Shown in pieces: positions 52,638 to 63,225 of a DNA stretch of 64,000 nucleotides. The stretch is from Verrucomicrobiota bacterium (GTDB lineage: Bacteria; Verrucomicrobiota; Verrucomicrobiia; Opitutales; Cerasicoccaceae): contig JBCBUK010000019.1 of NCBI GenBank assembly GCA_039818205.1, positions 1 through 64,000 on the forward strand, read 5' to 3'. The first letter of the stretch is position 1. Every line of letters begins with the position of its first letter. The position numbers and the translations under genes were made by a program. A model generated the notes under the pieces. The model saw nothing but the letters and a program-made list of their open reading frames with translations, was not told the origin of the DNA and searched no databases.

Positions 52638-52709
52638 CGGATCCTCACCGTTCATCACCGCGTGCTTTTGCCCGACTTTGGCTTTGCGCCGAAGTCGGTC
52701 CATGTAAAA

Positions 52710-53516
52710 ATGGCGGGGATGAATGAGCAGCCGTCGGGGCAACCGCCACCATTCAAGCGTCAGCCACCACCGATTCCAGCAAACCGGCTGGCTCGGCGGA
52801 TGCCGCCGCCGCTACCCAAGCCAGTAACGGACGAATCGGCAAAGATCCCTTTGTGGGGAAAGGTTTTTATTGGAGGCTCCTTGTTGCTTGGGATTGTTGC
52901 TCTCGGGAATGTGATTGTGAAGTCGCTCGGTCCGGCTTCTCCCCCGGAAGTAAAAGAGAATCCTTATCTGCAGTATCCGCCTCCAACCAATGCTCAGCAG
53001 CGGGTCGAAGCGCCTAGTTATATGACCTTGATCGGGGATGGCTTGAGTGGCTCCGGGTTTCATTTCGAAGTCGATGGTCGGCAGTATATCGCGTGCAGTT
53101 TGCACCAGTTTGACGGCGCGGTGCCCTCACTGATGGTCAGTTTGGATATCGATGAGCCAATTGAAGTAACTGGACAGGTCGACAAGCAGCTCGACGTGCA
53201 AGTCCTGACATTTAATAGCGATGACCTTGAAGCGCTCGAGCCACTTTCGTATGAGCCTGGCAATCGACCGAAAATGTCCACGCCAGTCTATATCTATGAT
53301 TTTGATGACGTCTATGGAGGCACTATTGTCGACATCAATTGGACAACTGGCCGTTGTGAGATACGGATGGACAAGCCATTTCCAGCGATGGGCAACAGCG
53401 GATCGCCGGTGATCAGCGCGATTGATGGAAAAGTCATCGGCGTTTTGCTCGATGCGGATGATCCCGAAGCCGCAAGGATTGTTGGATTTGAATATCTTAA
53501 TTTCTCGCCAAACTAG
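52710..53516 (+). CDS. Membrane-anchored trypsin-like serine protease domain protein
   Basis: Pro-rich N-terminus, a TM segment, then GSGF...SLH, D and GNSGSP. Confidence 0.7.
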   Translation: MAGMNEQPSGQPPPFKRQPPPIPANRLARRMPPPLPKPVTDESAKIPLWGKVFIGGSLLLGIVALGNVIVKSLGPASPPEVKENPYLQYPPPTNAQQRVEAPSYMTLIGDGLSGSGFHFEVDGRQYIACSLHQFDGAVPSLMVSLDIDEPIEVTGQVDKQLDVQVLTFNSDDLEALEPLSYEPGNRPKMSTPVYIYDFDDVYGGTIVDINWTTGRCEIRMDKPFPAMGNSGSPVISAIDGKVIGVLLDADDPEAARIVGFEYLNFSPN

Positions 53517-53549
53517 ACTGCCCACGCCTGCGGCGATACGAGTTAATCC

Positions 53550-54839
53550 ATGTCGGACTATACCAACACCCAAGAGTATCTGTATTCCTTGCGCAACCGA
53601 GGCGCCAAGCTGGGCCTTGAGCGCATGGTGAGTTTTAACGAAGCGCTGGGTCAACCGGATCGTCAATTCCCGATCATTCACGTTGCGGGCACCAACGGTA
53701 AGGGTTCGGTGTGCGCGATGTTGGAATCGATCTATCGCCATGCTGGATTGAAGACGGGCATGTTTACCTCCCCGCATTTAATCCGCTTGGGTGAACGCGT
53801 TCAAGTAAACCGTGTTCCGCTAACGGATGCTGAGATCGTCCATTGGGTAAACCATTTGAAGCCATTTGCTGAGTCGTTGGCCAATGGCGATGACGAGGCC
53901 CATCCGACCTTTTTCGAGTTTATGACGGCAATGGCGTTTCTGCAGTTTGCTCGGCAGGCTGTTGATGTGGCGATTGTTGAAACCGGCTTGGGAGGTCGGC
54001 TGGACTCTACAAACGTGATTACCCCGCGGGTCAGCGTGATCACCTCGGTGAGTTACGACCATCAAGATTTGCTTGGTGATACCTTGTCCAAGATTGCCCG
54101 AGAGAAAGCGGGGATCATCAAACCAGGTGTGCCGGTTGTTCTGGGTCGGTTGCCCAACGAGGCCGAGATTGCGATCCGAGCGATTGCCGCTGAGCGATCG
54201 TGCACGGTGACTTCCATTGCTGAGCGATTCGGCGATCGGGTAGAGGACTACCCGAACGTTGCGCTCGCCGGAGACCACCAACGAATCAACGCTGCAACCG
54301 CGTGGTTAGCCGTTGAGCAAGCCGGACTCGAGGTGCTGCCGATGCAAATCCGGGAGGGCTTGCGTCAGGTCTCATGGGCGGGGCGTTGGCAGCACATGGC
54401 TCTGGTTGATGGTCGCACGATGATCTTGGAAGCCGCGCATAACGAAGAAGGTGCTCGTGCGCTCGAGGCAAATCTCAAGAAACTGGTTTTGGATTCCAGC
54501 AGAAAGCCGATTGTGGTTTGCGGAACCCTTGGGCAGCAGCGTGCAGACGAGCTTATGCCAATCGTCGCGCGGTATGCGTCAGCGATCTACCTGCTCGTGC
54601 CCGAGCAGCCCCGGGCATGTTCGTTTGCCGAGCTACGCGCGGCGCTCCCGGCAGATCATGGATTGGAGGTGCGAAACGCCTCGGTCTCCGAACTATTTCC
54701 GGGCCCGGGCAGATGCTCGGTGGGTGGCCCTGAGGACACAATTCTTGTCACCGGTTCCATTTATATGCTCGGCGAAATCTTGGCGCGACTCGAGCAGGAC
54801 ACCGGCGCAGAGTCGATTCACTTGCAGGATAAAATTTGA
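53550..54839 (+). CDS. folC: Folylpolyglutamate synthase / dihydrofolate synthase
   Basis: Motifs HVAGTNGKGS, TSPHL, ETGLGGRLDSTN and AHN. Confidence 0.95.
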   Translation: MSDYTNTQEYLYSLRNRGAKLGLERMVSFNEALGQPDRQFPIIHVAGTNGKGSVCAMLESIYRHAGLKTGMFTSPHLIRLGERVQVNRVPLTDAEIVHWVNHLKPFAESLANGDDEAHPTFFEFMTAMAFLQFARQAVDVAIVETGLGGRLDSTNVITPRVSVITSVSYDHQDLLGDTLSKIAREKAGIIKPGVPVVLGRLPNEAEIAIRAIAAERSCTVTSIAERFGDRVEDYPNVALAGDHQRINAATAWLAVEQAGLEVLPMQIREGLRQVSWAGRWQHMALVDGRTMILEAAHNEEGARALEANLKKLVLDSSRKPIVVCGTLGQQRADELMPIVARYASAIYLLVPEQPRACSFAELRAALPADHGLEVRNASVSELFPGPGRCSVGGPEDTILVTGSIYMLGEILARLEQDTGAESIHLQDKI

Positions 54840-54886
54840 ATTTCGCTCGACCTGCGGAATCCATCGATCAGGATTGAGGTTCATCA

Positions 54887-55330
54887 ATGAGGGTATCGAT
54901 CCGCAATTTGTTCATCCTTTGTATCCTGCCTTTCTGCGTTAGCGCTCAACAACGCACGCAGATCGGAGCGCCGGTCGAAAACTTTCGCCTCCCGATCTTC
55001 GGTGAAAATGGAAACCGCATTTGGGATCTGCGAGGTGAGGTCGGTATCTATCAGGACGATCAAACGATCGCGGTTGAGCGAATGATTCTACGAACCTTTC
55101 CAGAAGATGATCCTCAGAACCCTGAGTTGATCATTGAGAGTCCGCAGGCGGTAATTGTTCCTGCCGAGAGTCGCGCCCATGGCGACGCCTATCTGTTCTT
55201 GCAGGCAACCGATGGCTCCTATGCGATTGTCGGGCGGCAATGGGAATGGTTTAACGAAGAGCAGCGGATCACCATTGGCTCCGATGCCCGGGTAACCTTT
55301 CGCCAGAAAATTGGAAGTATATTAGAATGA
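54887..55330 (+). CDS. lptC: LptC-like LPS export protein
   Basis: Signal/anchor segment, beta-rich sequence, and position upstream of lptA-lptB. Confidence 0.6.
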   Translation: MRVSIRNLFILCILPFCVSAQQRTQIGAPVENFRLPIFGENGNRIWDLRGEVGIYQDDQTIAVERMILRTFPEDDPQNPELIIESPQAVIVPAESRAHGDAYLFLQATDGSYAIVGRQWEWFNEEQRITIGSDARVTFRQKIGSILE

Positions 55331-55893
55331 CTTTTTTTTATTTTCGAAGAGTCCTCACTGGTTTCTTGATGGTTGCGGTCGGCATTAGCTCGCTTAATTC
55401 CGAGGTGGATTCCGCAGCGCCTCCTGCCGATGACACCGTCATCACGAGTGACAACCTGGAGCTCATTGGTGGCGACGCCCAGAACCAGTTTTTCTTCACC
55501 GGGAACGTAAAAGTCTCAGGCACCAATATGGTAGCCACCTGTGATTATATGGAGGTGACTGCCTTGCGGTCCGGTAGCAAACAGAAAACCGTTGGTGAGA
55601 TGGGCGCGATCGAGCTCATTGTGATGACTGGAAACGTGATCATTGAACAAGCGGGAAGGCGCGCAACGGCCGGGCGGGCCGAGATTATACCCAACGAGGA
55701 TAAGGTCGTGCTGACGGAGAACCCAGTTGTTGAAGACAGTGAAGGCACCGTAAGTGGGCACCGCATGGAGTTGCTCAAGGGGGAACGCAAAGCAAAGGTC
55801 TTTGGCGATCCCGCCACGGGTGGCCGGACCAAGGTTGTCCTGCCGGGCTTTCAAGATCTTGGCTATGGTGGGGAGAACGGTGATCAGCCCTAG
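55327..55893 (+). CDS. lptA: LptA/OstA family protein
   Basis: Motifs ITSD.L, FTGNV.V, TGNV.I.Q and VVLTENP. Confidence 0.82.
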   Translation: MTFFYFRRVLTGFLMVAVGISSLNSEVDSAAPPADDTVITSDNLELIGGDAQNQFFFTGNVKVSGTNMVATCDYMEVTALRSGSKQKTVGEMGAIELIVMTGNVIIEQAGRRATAGRAEIIPNEDKVVLTENPVVEDSEGTVSGHRMELLKGERKAKVFGDPATGGRTKVVLPGFQDLGYGGENGDQP

Positions 55894-55901
55894 GTGATGA
55901 T

Positions 55902-56666
55902 ATGGAGCCTGCTTTAAAAGAACCCGATGCACGCACTGAGGTGCAGGCCGCGATTCAGACCGAAGGCCTGATCAAGCGCTACGGTAAACGGGAAGTGGTT
56001 TGTGGCATCGATCTCCGGGTGGACGCGGGAGAAATCGTTGGGCTGCTAGGCCCCAATGGCGCCGGTAAGACGACGACGTTCTATATGATTGTTGGATTAG
56101 TCCGTGCGACACGTGGCTCTGTTTATTTAGATGATCGCGAGATTACTCGGTTGCCTATGTATCGACGCGCTCGGCTTGGCCTCGGCTACTTACCGCAAGA
56201 GGCCTCGATTTTTCGAAAGCTAACGGTTTACGATAACATCCTGGCAATCGTCCAAACCCTGCCTGTTCCCCGGAAAGAGCGTCATGACTTTGTCATGATG
56301 CACCTTGAGGAGTTAAACCTCGACCACTTGGCGAAACAACGTGCCTACACCTTGAGCGGTGGTGAGCGGCGACGGTTAGAGATTACCCGTGCGCTTGTCG
56401 CGCGACCACGCTTCATGCTGCTCGATGAACCCTTCAGTGGGGTGGACCCGATCAGTGTCGCCGAAGTGCAGGATATCATCCTCGGACTGAAGAGTAAGAA
56501 CATCGGTGTATTGATTACCGATCACAATGTCCGTGAAACGCTGAAGATCGTCGACCGGGCCTACTTGATTCATGAAGGTCGCGTCTTGTCCGAGGGAACC
56601 AGTGACTTCCTGGTCAGCGATGAGAAGAGCCGAGAGATCTATTTGGGCCGCGAGTTTACCTTATAG
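55902..56666 (+). CDS. lptB: LPS export ABC ATPase
   Basis: Motifs GPNGAGKTTTFY, YLPQEASIFR, LDEPFSGVDP and TDHNVRETL. Confidence 0.96.
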   Translation: MEPALKEPDARTEVQAAIQTEGLIKRYGKREVVCGIDLRVDAGEIVGLLGPNGAGKTTTFYMIVGLVRATRGSVYLDDREITRLPMYRRARLGLGYLPQEASIFRKLTVYDNILAIVQTLPVPRKERHDFVMMHLEELNLDHLAKQRAYTLSGGERRRLEITRALVARPRFMLLDEPFSGVDPISVAEVQDIILGLKSKNIGVLITDHNVRETLKIVDRAYLIHEGRVLSEGTSDFLVSDEKSREIYLGREFTL

Positions 56667-56822
56667 GTAAAATACGGTGCGGCCCGAGGCCGGTTTTTAT
56701 CGGGCGTTGCGGCGATTCGTCACTTTTTACACAAGCGGGTATTGCCAGTCGGCCAGGAATGTTTCTAAATATTGACCAACCTGCTTTGAACGGCGGGCCT
56801 TTTTCATCCCCCAATATCACCC

Positions 56823-57800
56823 ATGCCCCGGCTGCCAACCAAAGTAACTGATACCATATCGGTCCTCGATTTTTTCGAAAGTTTTGGGGAAGAGCTCAAA
56901 CTCGAGCTTGTCGCTGGCAAGAAGGGTCTGACGAAGGTTATCCGCGATACGAGCATCAACCGTCCGGCTCTAGCGATGGTTGGATACTTTCGGTACTTCG
57001 CACACAAGCGCATCCAATTGTTTGGGGCAGGGGAGATGGCATTTTTGAGGGACATGCCCACCGAGAAGCAGCGGTCGGTCCTGAGTGATATTTATTCTAA
57101 GCACGTTCCTTGCGTGATCATTAGTCGTAACCTTTCTCCAACCAAGCCACTGAGAGAGGAAGCGGAGATCCGCGGTGTGCCACTTTTTCGCACCAGTCTC
57201 TCCAGCAAAGAATTCATGGCGCAGGCGACCCTGCTGTTGGAGGCGCGTTTCGCCCCGATGACGACCTGTCACGGTACGCTGCTCGATGTGAAGGGCATTG
57301 GCGTCGTGTTGCGTGGCAAGAGTGGTGTGGGCAAAAGTGAATGCGCCTTGGCGTTGATTGAACGCGGCCACAGTTTGGTCGCGGATGATCTCGTTTACTG
57401 CAAGCGCATGAGCGATGGCGTGATCTTGGGTTCTGCCGCCGAACTCAGTCGCGGATATATGGAGTGCCGAGGATTGGGCATCATCAACGTAGCCCACATG
57501 TTCGGCATTCGTTCCGTTCGCCTAGAAAAGCGATTGGATTTGGTGATCACCTTCGAAGACTGGCGCCCAGGAATGCCGGAGGAGCGCACCGGTCTAGAAC
57601 GTGCATACTACGAAATTTTGGATGTTGAGATCCCGCATATCGAAATTCCGGTTAAGCCGGGCCGAGATATGGCGAGATTAACAGAAGCGGCCGCGATGAT
57701 TCAGGCACTGAGAAATATGGGACACGATTCCGCCCAGGAGTTTAACGATCGATTGATCGCCCATATGGAATCGATGTCCGACCCAGATTCGGAAACTTAG
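56823..57800 (+). CDS. hprK: HPr kinase/phosphorylase
   Basis: Motifs [30 protein letters not shown] and PVKPGR. Confidence 0.95.
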   Translation: MPRLPTKVTDTISVLDFFESFGEELKLELVAGKKGLTKVIRDTSINRPALAMVGYFRYFAHKRIQLFGAGEMAFLRDMPTEKQRSVLSDIYSKHVPCVIISRNLSPTKPLREEAEIRGVPLFRTSLSSKEFMAQATLLLEARFAPMTTCHGTLLDVKGIGVVLRGKSGVGKSECALALIERGHSLVADDLVYCKRMSDGVILGSAAELSRGYMECRGLGIINVAHMFGIRSVRLEKRLDLVITFEDWRPGMPEERTGLERAYYEILDVEIPHIEIPVKPGRDMARLTEAAAMIQALRNMGHDSAQEFNDRLIAHMESMSDPDSET

Positions 57801-58350
57801 AGGAAAATCTTGGCCAGAAGATGGTCAATTGAGATCAAAATATCATCCGTGCTTCACAAGTTTGTAAAATTTTTAGACTATCATACCCGCCCAGCATAAA
57901 AATTGCTCACGGTTTATTTTTTATCCCCAATGACACGATTTTGTAACCTCCTCCAGGCAGGCGATTTCTATCGTCGGCTCTTATGTGACGCCATGCTACC
58001 CAATAGTGACAAATTACTCCCGAGCCGCATGTGGATAACATGCGAACAAGTAGGTCTTGCCAATCGATTATCAGGTAAATTTACTCGCTCGTTATCAGCT
58101 GTCGGGTGTTGCTCTCCAATTAGCCTTCCTTAGGTTTCCTGCTTTGCTTACGCCTTTTTTTGTTGCTGGCCATTCTGTAAACTACTGAACTATAATATCT
58201 TAACGATTTTTTAATTTTTATAAGGGGAAGATTTTCGATTTTTTAGAAATATTCATGTAGGCTTTGGTAATTCCAGCCAGTTTGCCTGAGAATAAGCTTT
58301 GCGAATATCTTTTCCGTTTGCTCAATCTGTGAATAAAAACGCGCTCAATT
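57801..58350. other. Probable replication origin (oriC) region
   Basis: Non-coding region upstream of dnaA with DnaA boxes TGTGGATAA (58030-58038), TGTGAATAA (58328-58336) and TTATCCCCA (57921-57929, 1 mismatch), and an AT-rich tract at ~58190-58255. Confidence 0.65.
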
Positions 58351-58360
58351 TGTGACGGGA

Positions 58361-59803
58361 ATGCTTAACCAAACTGTAAAATTTCAACTTTGGGACTCGG
58401 TGAAGAACGATTTTTCGGGAATTTTTCCGGAAGATGTGTTCCGAACCTGGTTCGAGCCACTGCGTTGTCTTAGTGAATCTGACGATAAGGTGACTTTGGC
58501 CGCTCCGAACGATTTCGCGGTCATTTGGATACAGGATAACTACCTGGATTTGATCAACCGCCGCTTGAACGAAGCGTCTGGCCGGACCATAACCCTGGAA
58601 TTAACCGTTGACGACACCCCAGAAGAGCCCGCCGCGAATCCGCGTTCGGCGTCTCCAGTCGAAACGACTCATCCAGGGCCTGCGGGCCATAGCCGTGATA
58701 GCAGCAACAGACCGGCTGATGCTTCCCGCTCCTCATCTGTTTCTCGCAAGGCATCAGAAGCCAATCGCCCGAGCTTGATTCTAAATCCGCGGAATAATTT
58801 CGAGAATTTCGTGATCGGTTCCGGTAATCAGATGGCGCAAGCCGCAAGCTTCGCAGTCGCGAATAATCCGGGCAAGGCCTACAACCCACTCTTTCTTTTC
58901 GGTGATACCGGTCTTGGCAAGACGCACCTCATGCATGCGATTGCCCACCACATGCTGACGACTCGCCCGGATACTAAGATCGCCTACGTTTCGACAGAGA
59001 AGTTTACCAATGAATACATTGAGGCGATTCAGCACAATAACGTGACTCGTTTTCGCCAGCGGTACCGCCAGGTCGATGTCCTCTTAATTGACGACATTCA
59101 CTTCTTGTCGGGTAAAGAGCGGATTCAAGAGGAGTTTTTCCACACTTTCAATGAGCTCTTCGAGCGCCAGAAACAGATCGTGCTTAGCAGTGACCGCCCA
59201 GCCGGTGAAATTGCGCGCCTCGAAAGCCGACTCGTTTCTCGATTCCAATGGGGATTCATGGCTGACATTCAGCCACCTGATTACGAGACCCGCTTGGCGA
59301 TTATCAGGAAGAAGGCCCACAATATGAATCTGGATCTGCCGGAAACGATCCTGGATTTCCTCGCCGAGCGTGTTTCCCGGAATGTTCGCCGAATGGAAGG
59401 TGCGTTAACCCGTGTTGCGGGTTACGCGGCCTTGATGAAGACCGAGCTCGGAATTGAGACCGTTGAGACGCTGCTTAAGGATATTCTCCACGAGGAGGCT
59501 CAAAACCAGGTTACCATCGAAAAGATTCAGCAGAAGGTTGCCGACTATCATAAATTGCGCCTCGGCGACATGGTGAGTAAGCGGCGCCCAGCGAATATCG
59601 CTTTCCCCCGTCAGATAGCCATGTATCTGAGCCGGGTGCTCACCAGTCACTCATTGCAAGATATTGGTGATGCCTTTGGTGGTCGCGATCACGGGACGGT
59701 CATTCATGCCTGCAAGACGGTTGAAAACATCATGGAGCAGGACGAGAATGTTACCCGGACGGTCGAGTATCTGCGCAAACAGCTAACCACTGGACGCGGA
59801 TAA
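58361..59803 (+). CDS. dnaA: Chromosomal replication initiator DnaA
   Basis: Motifs YNPLF..G.TGLGKTHL, LIDDI, QEEFFHTFN, RQIAMYL and GGRDHGTV. Confidence 0.97.
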   Translation: MLNQTVKFQLWDSVKNDFSGIFPEDVFRTWFEPLRCLSESDDKVTLAAPNDFAVIWIQDNYLDLINRRLNEASGRTITLELTVDDTPEEPAANPRSASPVETTHPGPAGHSRDSSNRPADASRSSSVSRKASEANRPSLILNPRNNFENFVIGSGNQMAQAASFAVANNPGKAYNPLFLFGDTGLGKTHLMHAIAHHMLTTRPDTKIAYVSTEKFTNEYIEAIQHNNVTRFRQRYRQVDVLLIDDIHFLSGKERIQEEFFHTFNELFERQKQIVLSSDRPAGEIARLESRLVSRFQWGFMADIQPPDYETRLAIIRKKAHNMNLDLPETILDFLAERVSRNVRRMEGALTRVAGYAALMKTELGIETVETLLKDILHEEAQNQVTIEKIQQKVADYHKLRLGDMVSKRRPANIAFPRQIAMYLSRVLTSHSLQDIGDAFGGRDHGTVIHACKTVENIMEQDENVTRTVEYLRKQLTTGRG

Positions 59804-59833
59804 ACCTTTCCTGTAACAAATATTAGCTTTACT

Positions 59834-59866
59834 GGCGGAGCCTGAGGTGTTGGGCTCCGCTTTTTT
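59834..59866 (+). terminator. Rho-independent terminator after dnaA
   Basis: GCGGAGCC...GGCTCCGC followed by TTTTTT. Confidence 0.85.
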
Positions 59867-59979
59867 ATGGAACTGTTCCCAATTGCAGATTTCCACAATC
59901 TTCGAAGCCACCGCCCAAGAAATTCATTGATCGCGGGGTTTTGGCTGCTTTAAATCTGTCCCCGATTCTTCCTCTCTCT

Positions 59980-60846
59980 ATGCGATACCTGATGTCACTT
60001 GTTGCCTTGCTCGCGCCGATTTGGGCCCAAGCGGAAATCGTCGTCGTTGGTTCTGACCTCCTGGCACCCGCAATCGATCCAGTGCTGGAGGCTTACGCCG
60101 AGCACAACGAGGTTGTGGTTAAAACGGAATTTATTGGTAGCATTCCCGGAGTAGGCGAGCTCAAGAGTGGTGCCGCTGATCTAGCAATCCTCGCCGCCCC
60201 AGAAGACACGAACCTTCCGGTTGGCGATTATAAAGTGATTCCGATTGCCTATGAAGTGGCATATGTAGTCGTGGATAAGTTGAATCCGCTGACCGAAATT
60301 TCCATCGATCAGCTTGCGGCCATCTTTGGTACCGGTTCTAAGTCAGATTATAGCCGCTGGGGCGAGCTTGGCCTGCAGGGCCCGGTCGCCACCCGATCAA
60401 TTCAGGCGATGGCCTTAGACAATGAGAAAACCGTTGTTCTGGAACTATTTAAATACCGGGCGTTGGATAGCGGATCGCTCAAGCCGACCGTTAATCGGGT
60501 GAACGATAACTTGCAGCTTACTGAGTTGGTTTCGAGCGACAGCGGTTCAATTGGGTTGACCAACAAATTGATTTTGGACGACAAGCTTCGTGCCCTTTCC
60601 GTCTCCGGAGGCAAAGATCACCAATATGCTTTCGGGCCGACACCGGAGAATGTTCACTACGGTGATTATCCGTTGCGCCTCGGCTATTACCTCGTCTTTC
60701 CACAAAGCCGAGAGCAAGAGTTGCTCCCGCTATTGCGGGTGCTCCTCGGTCCGGATCAGGCTGAATCGCTCGAGAAATCGGGCTTCGTTCCGGTTCCAGA
60801 AAATGTTAGAAAAAGAACTTTGGTAGAGCTTGACAAAGGAGTTTAA
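59980..60846 (+). CDS. PstS-like (PBP_like_2) substrate-binding protein
   Basis: Signal peptide; motifs GSD, GS..G..EL, NPL.EIS.DQL..IF and YPL. Confidence 0.75.
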   Translation: MRYLMSLVALLAPIWAQAEIVVVGSDLLAPAIDPVLEAYAEHNEVVVKTEFIGSIPGVGELKSGAADLAILAAPEDTNLPVGDYKVIPIAYEVAYVVVDKLNPLTEISIDQLAAIFGTGSKSDYSRWGELGLQGPVATRSIQAMALDNEKTVVLELFKYRALDSGSLKPTVNRVNDNLQLTELVSSDSGSIGLTNKLILDDKLRALSVSGGKDHQYAFGPTPENVHYGDYPLRLGYYLVFPQSREQELLPLLRVLLGPDQAESLEKSGFVPVPENVRKRTLVELDKGV

Positions 60847-60869
60847 ACCACCACTATTTGCACCTTCTT

Positions 60870-60947
<78 letters not shown>

Positions 60948-60956
60948 ATTTATTGT

Positions 60957-60994
60957 AAGCCTCTGATCATCAACGGTCAGAGGCTTCTTTTTTT
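60957..60994 (+). terminator. Terminator after tRNA-Gly
   Basis: AAGCCTCTGA...TCAGAGGCTT followed by a T run. Confidence 0.85.
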
Positions 60995-61847
60995 AGACGA
61001 AATTGTCGCCTTCATGCTCGGGTGATTCAAAGGCTTTGATCATGGTTTGCACATCTTGTTGCAGTTGATCGACGACCGCTTTGGGGTCATCGTTCCGCTC
61101 TGGATCAGCGTAATAGTTCTCCAAAATAATCCATCCTCGGAAGTCCGTTTTGCGGATCTCCGAGACGCACTCGGAAAAGGAAGATCCACCTTGGCCGAGA
61201 GGGGCAAAGCCGAATGCTCCAGTCTCGGAGTCACGTGTTTCGTCTTTGACGTGATACTCACAAATGTGCTCGGCTAGCGGAGCGATCATCGTCTCGGTCG
61301 CTAGGTCAGACATCCAAAACGGATTGGACGTGTCGAAGTAGATTCTCAGATTTGGTCGATCGACTTTGCCAAGCAGATGTTGATTTGCCTCAACGGACAG
61401 TGCGTTTTCGGTACCGACGATGATGCCCAGTGGGTGAGCCAAATCGCACGCGATTTGCAAATTCTCAGCGGTTTGTTCCAGCGCCTGAGCGGAGTCGATG
61501 GCGCCATCGCCAAAACTTGGGAGTTGTAACAGCGAGATCTCCAATGCCTCAGCCGTGGCAACGGCTTGTTCAATGATTTTTCTGACGCCGGATCGCTTCT
61601 GTGAATTTGATAGGCCCGTTCCGCAGAGCGCGTTGGCTGCTAATGCAGGGAAAGTCAGACCCAACTGCGACCGTGTGTCCCGAATGGATTTCAACCGCGA
61701 GACATCGGATCTTAGATCCGGCCCGAGGCCACCCAAGTCGAGGCTGATTCCGCTTAAGCCTAGGTCCTTGGTCATGTAACAGGCTTCGATGGTATCGGGG
61801 GCGGGCAGGCTCCATGAGCAGACGCCAAATTGGTAAGGGGAAACCAT
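60993..61847 (-). CDS. Sugar phosphate isomerase/epimerase (xylose isomerase-like TIM barrel)
   Basis: Motifs GTEN, YFDTSN, HVKD, LGQG and GWIILE. Confidence 0.85.
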   Translation of the reverse strand: MVSPYQFGVCSWSLPAPDTIEACYMTKDLGLSGISLDLGGLGPDLRSDVSRLKSIRDTRSQLGLTFPALAANALCGTGLSNSQKRSGVRKIIEQAVATAEALEISLLQLPSFGDGAIDSAQALEQTAENLQIACDLAHPLGIIVGTENALSVEANQHLLGKVDRPNLRIYFDTSNPFWMSDLATETMIAPLAEHICEYHVKDETRDSETGAFGFAPLGQGGSSFSECVSEIRKTDFRGWIILENYYADPERNDDPKAVVDQLQQDVQTMIKAFESPEHEGDNFV

Positions 61848-62052
61848 GGCGGGATTTATAACGCCACTGCCCGCAAGTTGAAGGCAAATCGCGCACAAAC
61901 TTCAACGAATTTGCTCGCCAGGTTGCTGGCCCAAGGCGTAGTGCATCTCGCTTTGCAAATTAAGGGACCATCCCTCGGCCATTATTCGATCTCGAATATT
62001 TCCGACTAAGGGTTCTGAGATTGCAAAGCGCAGAGCAATTTTGCGTAAAGAT

Positions 62053-62089
<37 letters not shown>

Positions 62090-62299
62090 AGCAATTCTAG
62101 CTTTTATTCCCAGTAATCATGGGTTGTCCTGTGTGCGCAAGTTTCAAATATTAAGCGACTTAGGGAATTTTCGGTTCGTCAGTAATTGGCCCCAATCGGC
62201 CTGAATTTATGTGCCGGGTTACAAGTAGAGAGATACCAGAATTGTTGCCCCGACAATGAGTTCATACTCGTAGGGTTGTTTAGTTGCTGGGTGGTCTAT

Positions 62300-62347
62300 G
62301 CAAAACGTCGAAGGTGTAACGTAATCGATACCACCGACCTGATGGGC
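62300..62347 (-). repeat. Degenerate, shortened attC-like site
   Basis: Minus strand GCCCATC-AGGTCGGTGGTA...TACACCTTCGAC-GTTTTGC directly after a stop codon. Confidence 0.5.
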
Positions 62348-62754
62348 TAGTCGGCCTTCCAGTGATCCTTAAGATATCCATAAGCTAACTCCATCAAATA
62401 CTTATCTTTTTTGGGGAATTTGAGTCCCCATCTATAAAACCCTGAGCAACTGAAAGGCCTCCATCCAAATGCCTCTTCAAGTTCACTATCTTTGATTTTC
62501 TTACCTTCGACCTCGATGGCGAATCGCCCCCATTTGCCACAAGTGGTGAATAATTGTTTTTTCAGCTGTGTGTCTGTGACTTGCCAAATTGCTGAGTGCT
62601 GTGAAATGCCTTCTACCAAAAGTTGATCGCCTTCATAGATCTTGAAAGACATGGGGAAGTTCTTTGGGGTGCATCTGTATTCTTTCCCGTCGGAGCACTT
62701 GATCGCAATAGGTCTGCTGAGACTTAAAAGTTTTCCTTTATAGATCAGCTCCAT
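62347..62754 (-). CDS. Hypothetical cassette-encoded protein
   Basis: Low-GC ORF flanked by attC-like sites. Confidence 0.7.
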   Translation of the reverse strand: MELIYKGKLLSLSRPIAIKCSDGKEYRCTPKNFPMSFKIYEGDQLLVEGISQHSAIWQVTDTQLKKQLFTTCGKWGRFAIEVEGKKIKDSELEEAFGWRPFSCSGFYRWGLKFPKKDKYLMELAYGYLKDHWKAD

Positions 62755-62762
62755 TCTACTAC

Positions 62763-62828
62763 TGCCCACGTAAAGATTACTCGATGGCTAGGCGCAGCCT
62801 AGCCATTGACTGCCTCGACTGGTTGGCA
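62763..62828 (-). repeat. attC-like integron recombination site
   Basis: R'' TGCCAAC, central ATGGCTAGG-CTGCG-CCTAGCCAT hairpin, and R' GTGGGCA (1 mismatch to GTTGGCA). Confidence 0.75.
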
Positions 62829-62839
62829 TTGGTTGTGTT

Positions 62840-63217
62840 TCACTTAATTTGCTGACCAGCTCGTAGTCTTGCATCATCTTTTCTTCCTTTTTCTTTCAAT
62901 CGACAGGGCCGACACCGCTTAGGTCTACCATATATGTTGCTTTTGTTTTCGCTCTCCTCGAAATACCATCGCTGATCGCTCGCTTTCCAAATGGAGCGAA
63001 CACCGCAATCACAACAATCAAACTCTAAATCAGTATAAAATGCTTGCCGGATTAAACCTCCGAAATTTTGAGAAACCTTATCTGGATCTACTGGATAACA
63101 ACCTTGAGGAACGCCATTAATTTTTTCAAACCATCCGACTTCGACTAGTCGTTTAAGACGTCTATCGATCTCAAGCTGCTCAGCCTTATCAAGATTTCTG
63201 TCTCTAAATTTTCCCAT
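62840..63217 (-). CDS. Zinc-ribbon domain protein (zf-trcl-like), cassette-encoded
   Basis: Motif D..F.C.DCG...W.A.DQ.WY.E....PKRC.PCR; low GC. Confidence 0.8.
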   Translation of the reverse strand: MGKFRDRNLDKAEQLEIDRRLKRLVEVGWFEKINGVPQGCYPVDPDKVSQNFGGLIRQAFYTDLEFDCCDCGVRSIWKASDQRWYFEESENKSNIYGRPKRCRPCRLKEKGRKDDARLRAGQQIK

Positions 63218-63225
63218 TTTCCTTT

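Noticed and set aside
57903..58133. 76-aa ORF upstream of dnaA
   Set aside because: It overlaps DnaA boxes and shows no protein features.
62090..62345. Group I intron in the tRNA(CAT) anticodon loop (GAAGGTGTAACG resembles an R element)
   Set aside because: No 3' tRNA exon and no P7 partner were found; the segment is better explained as an attC remnant.
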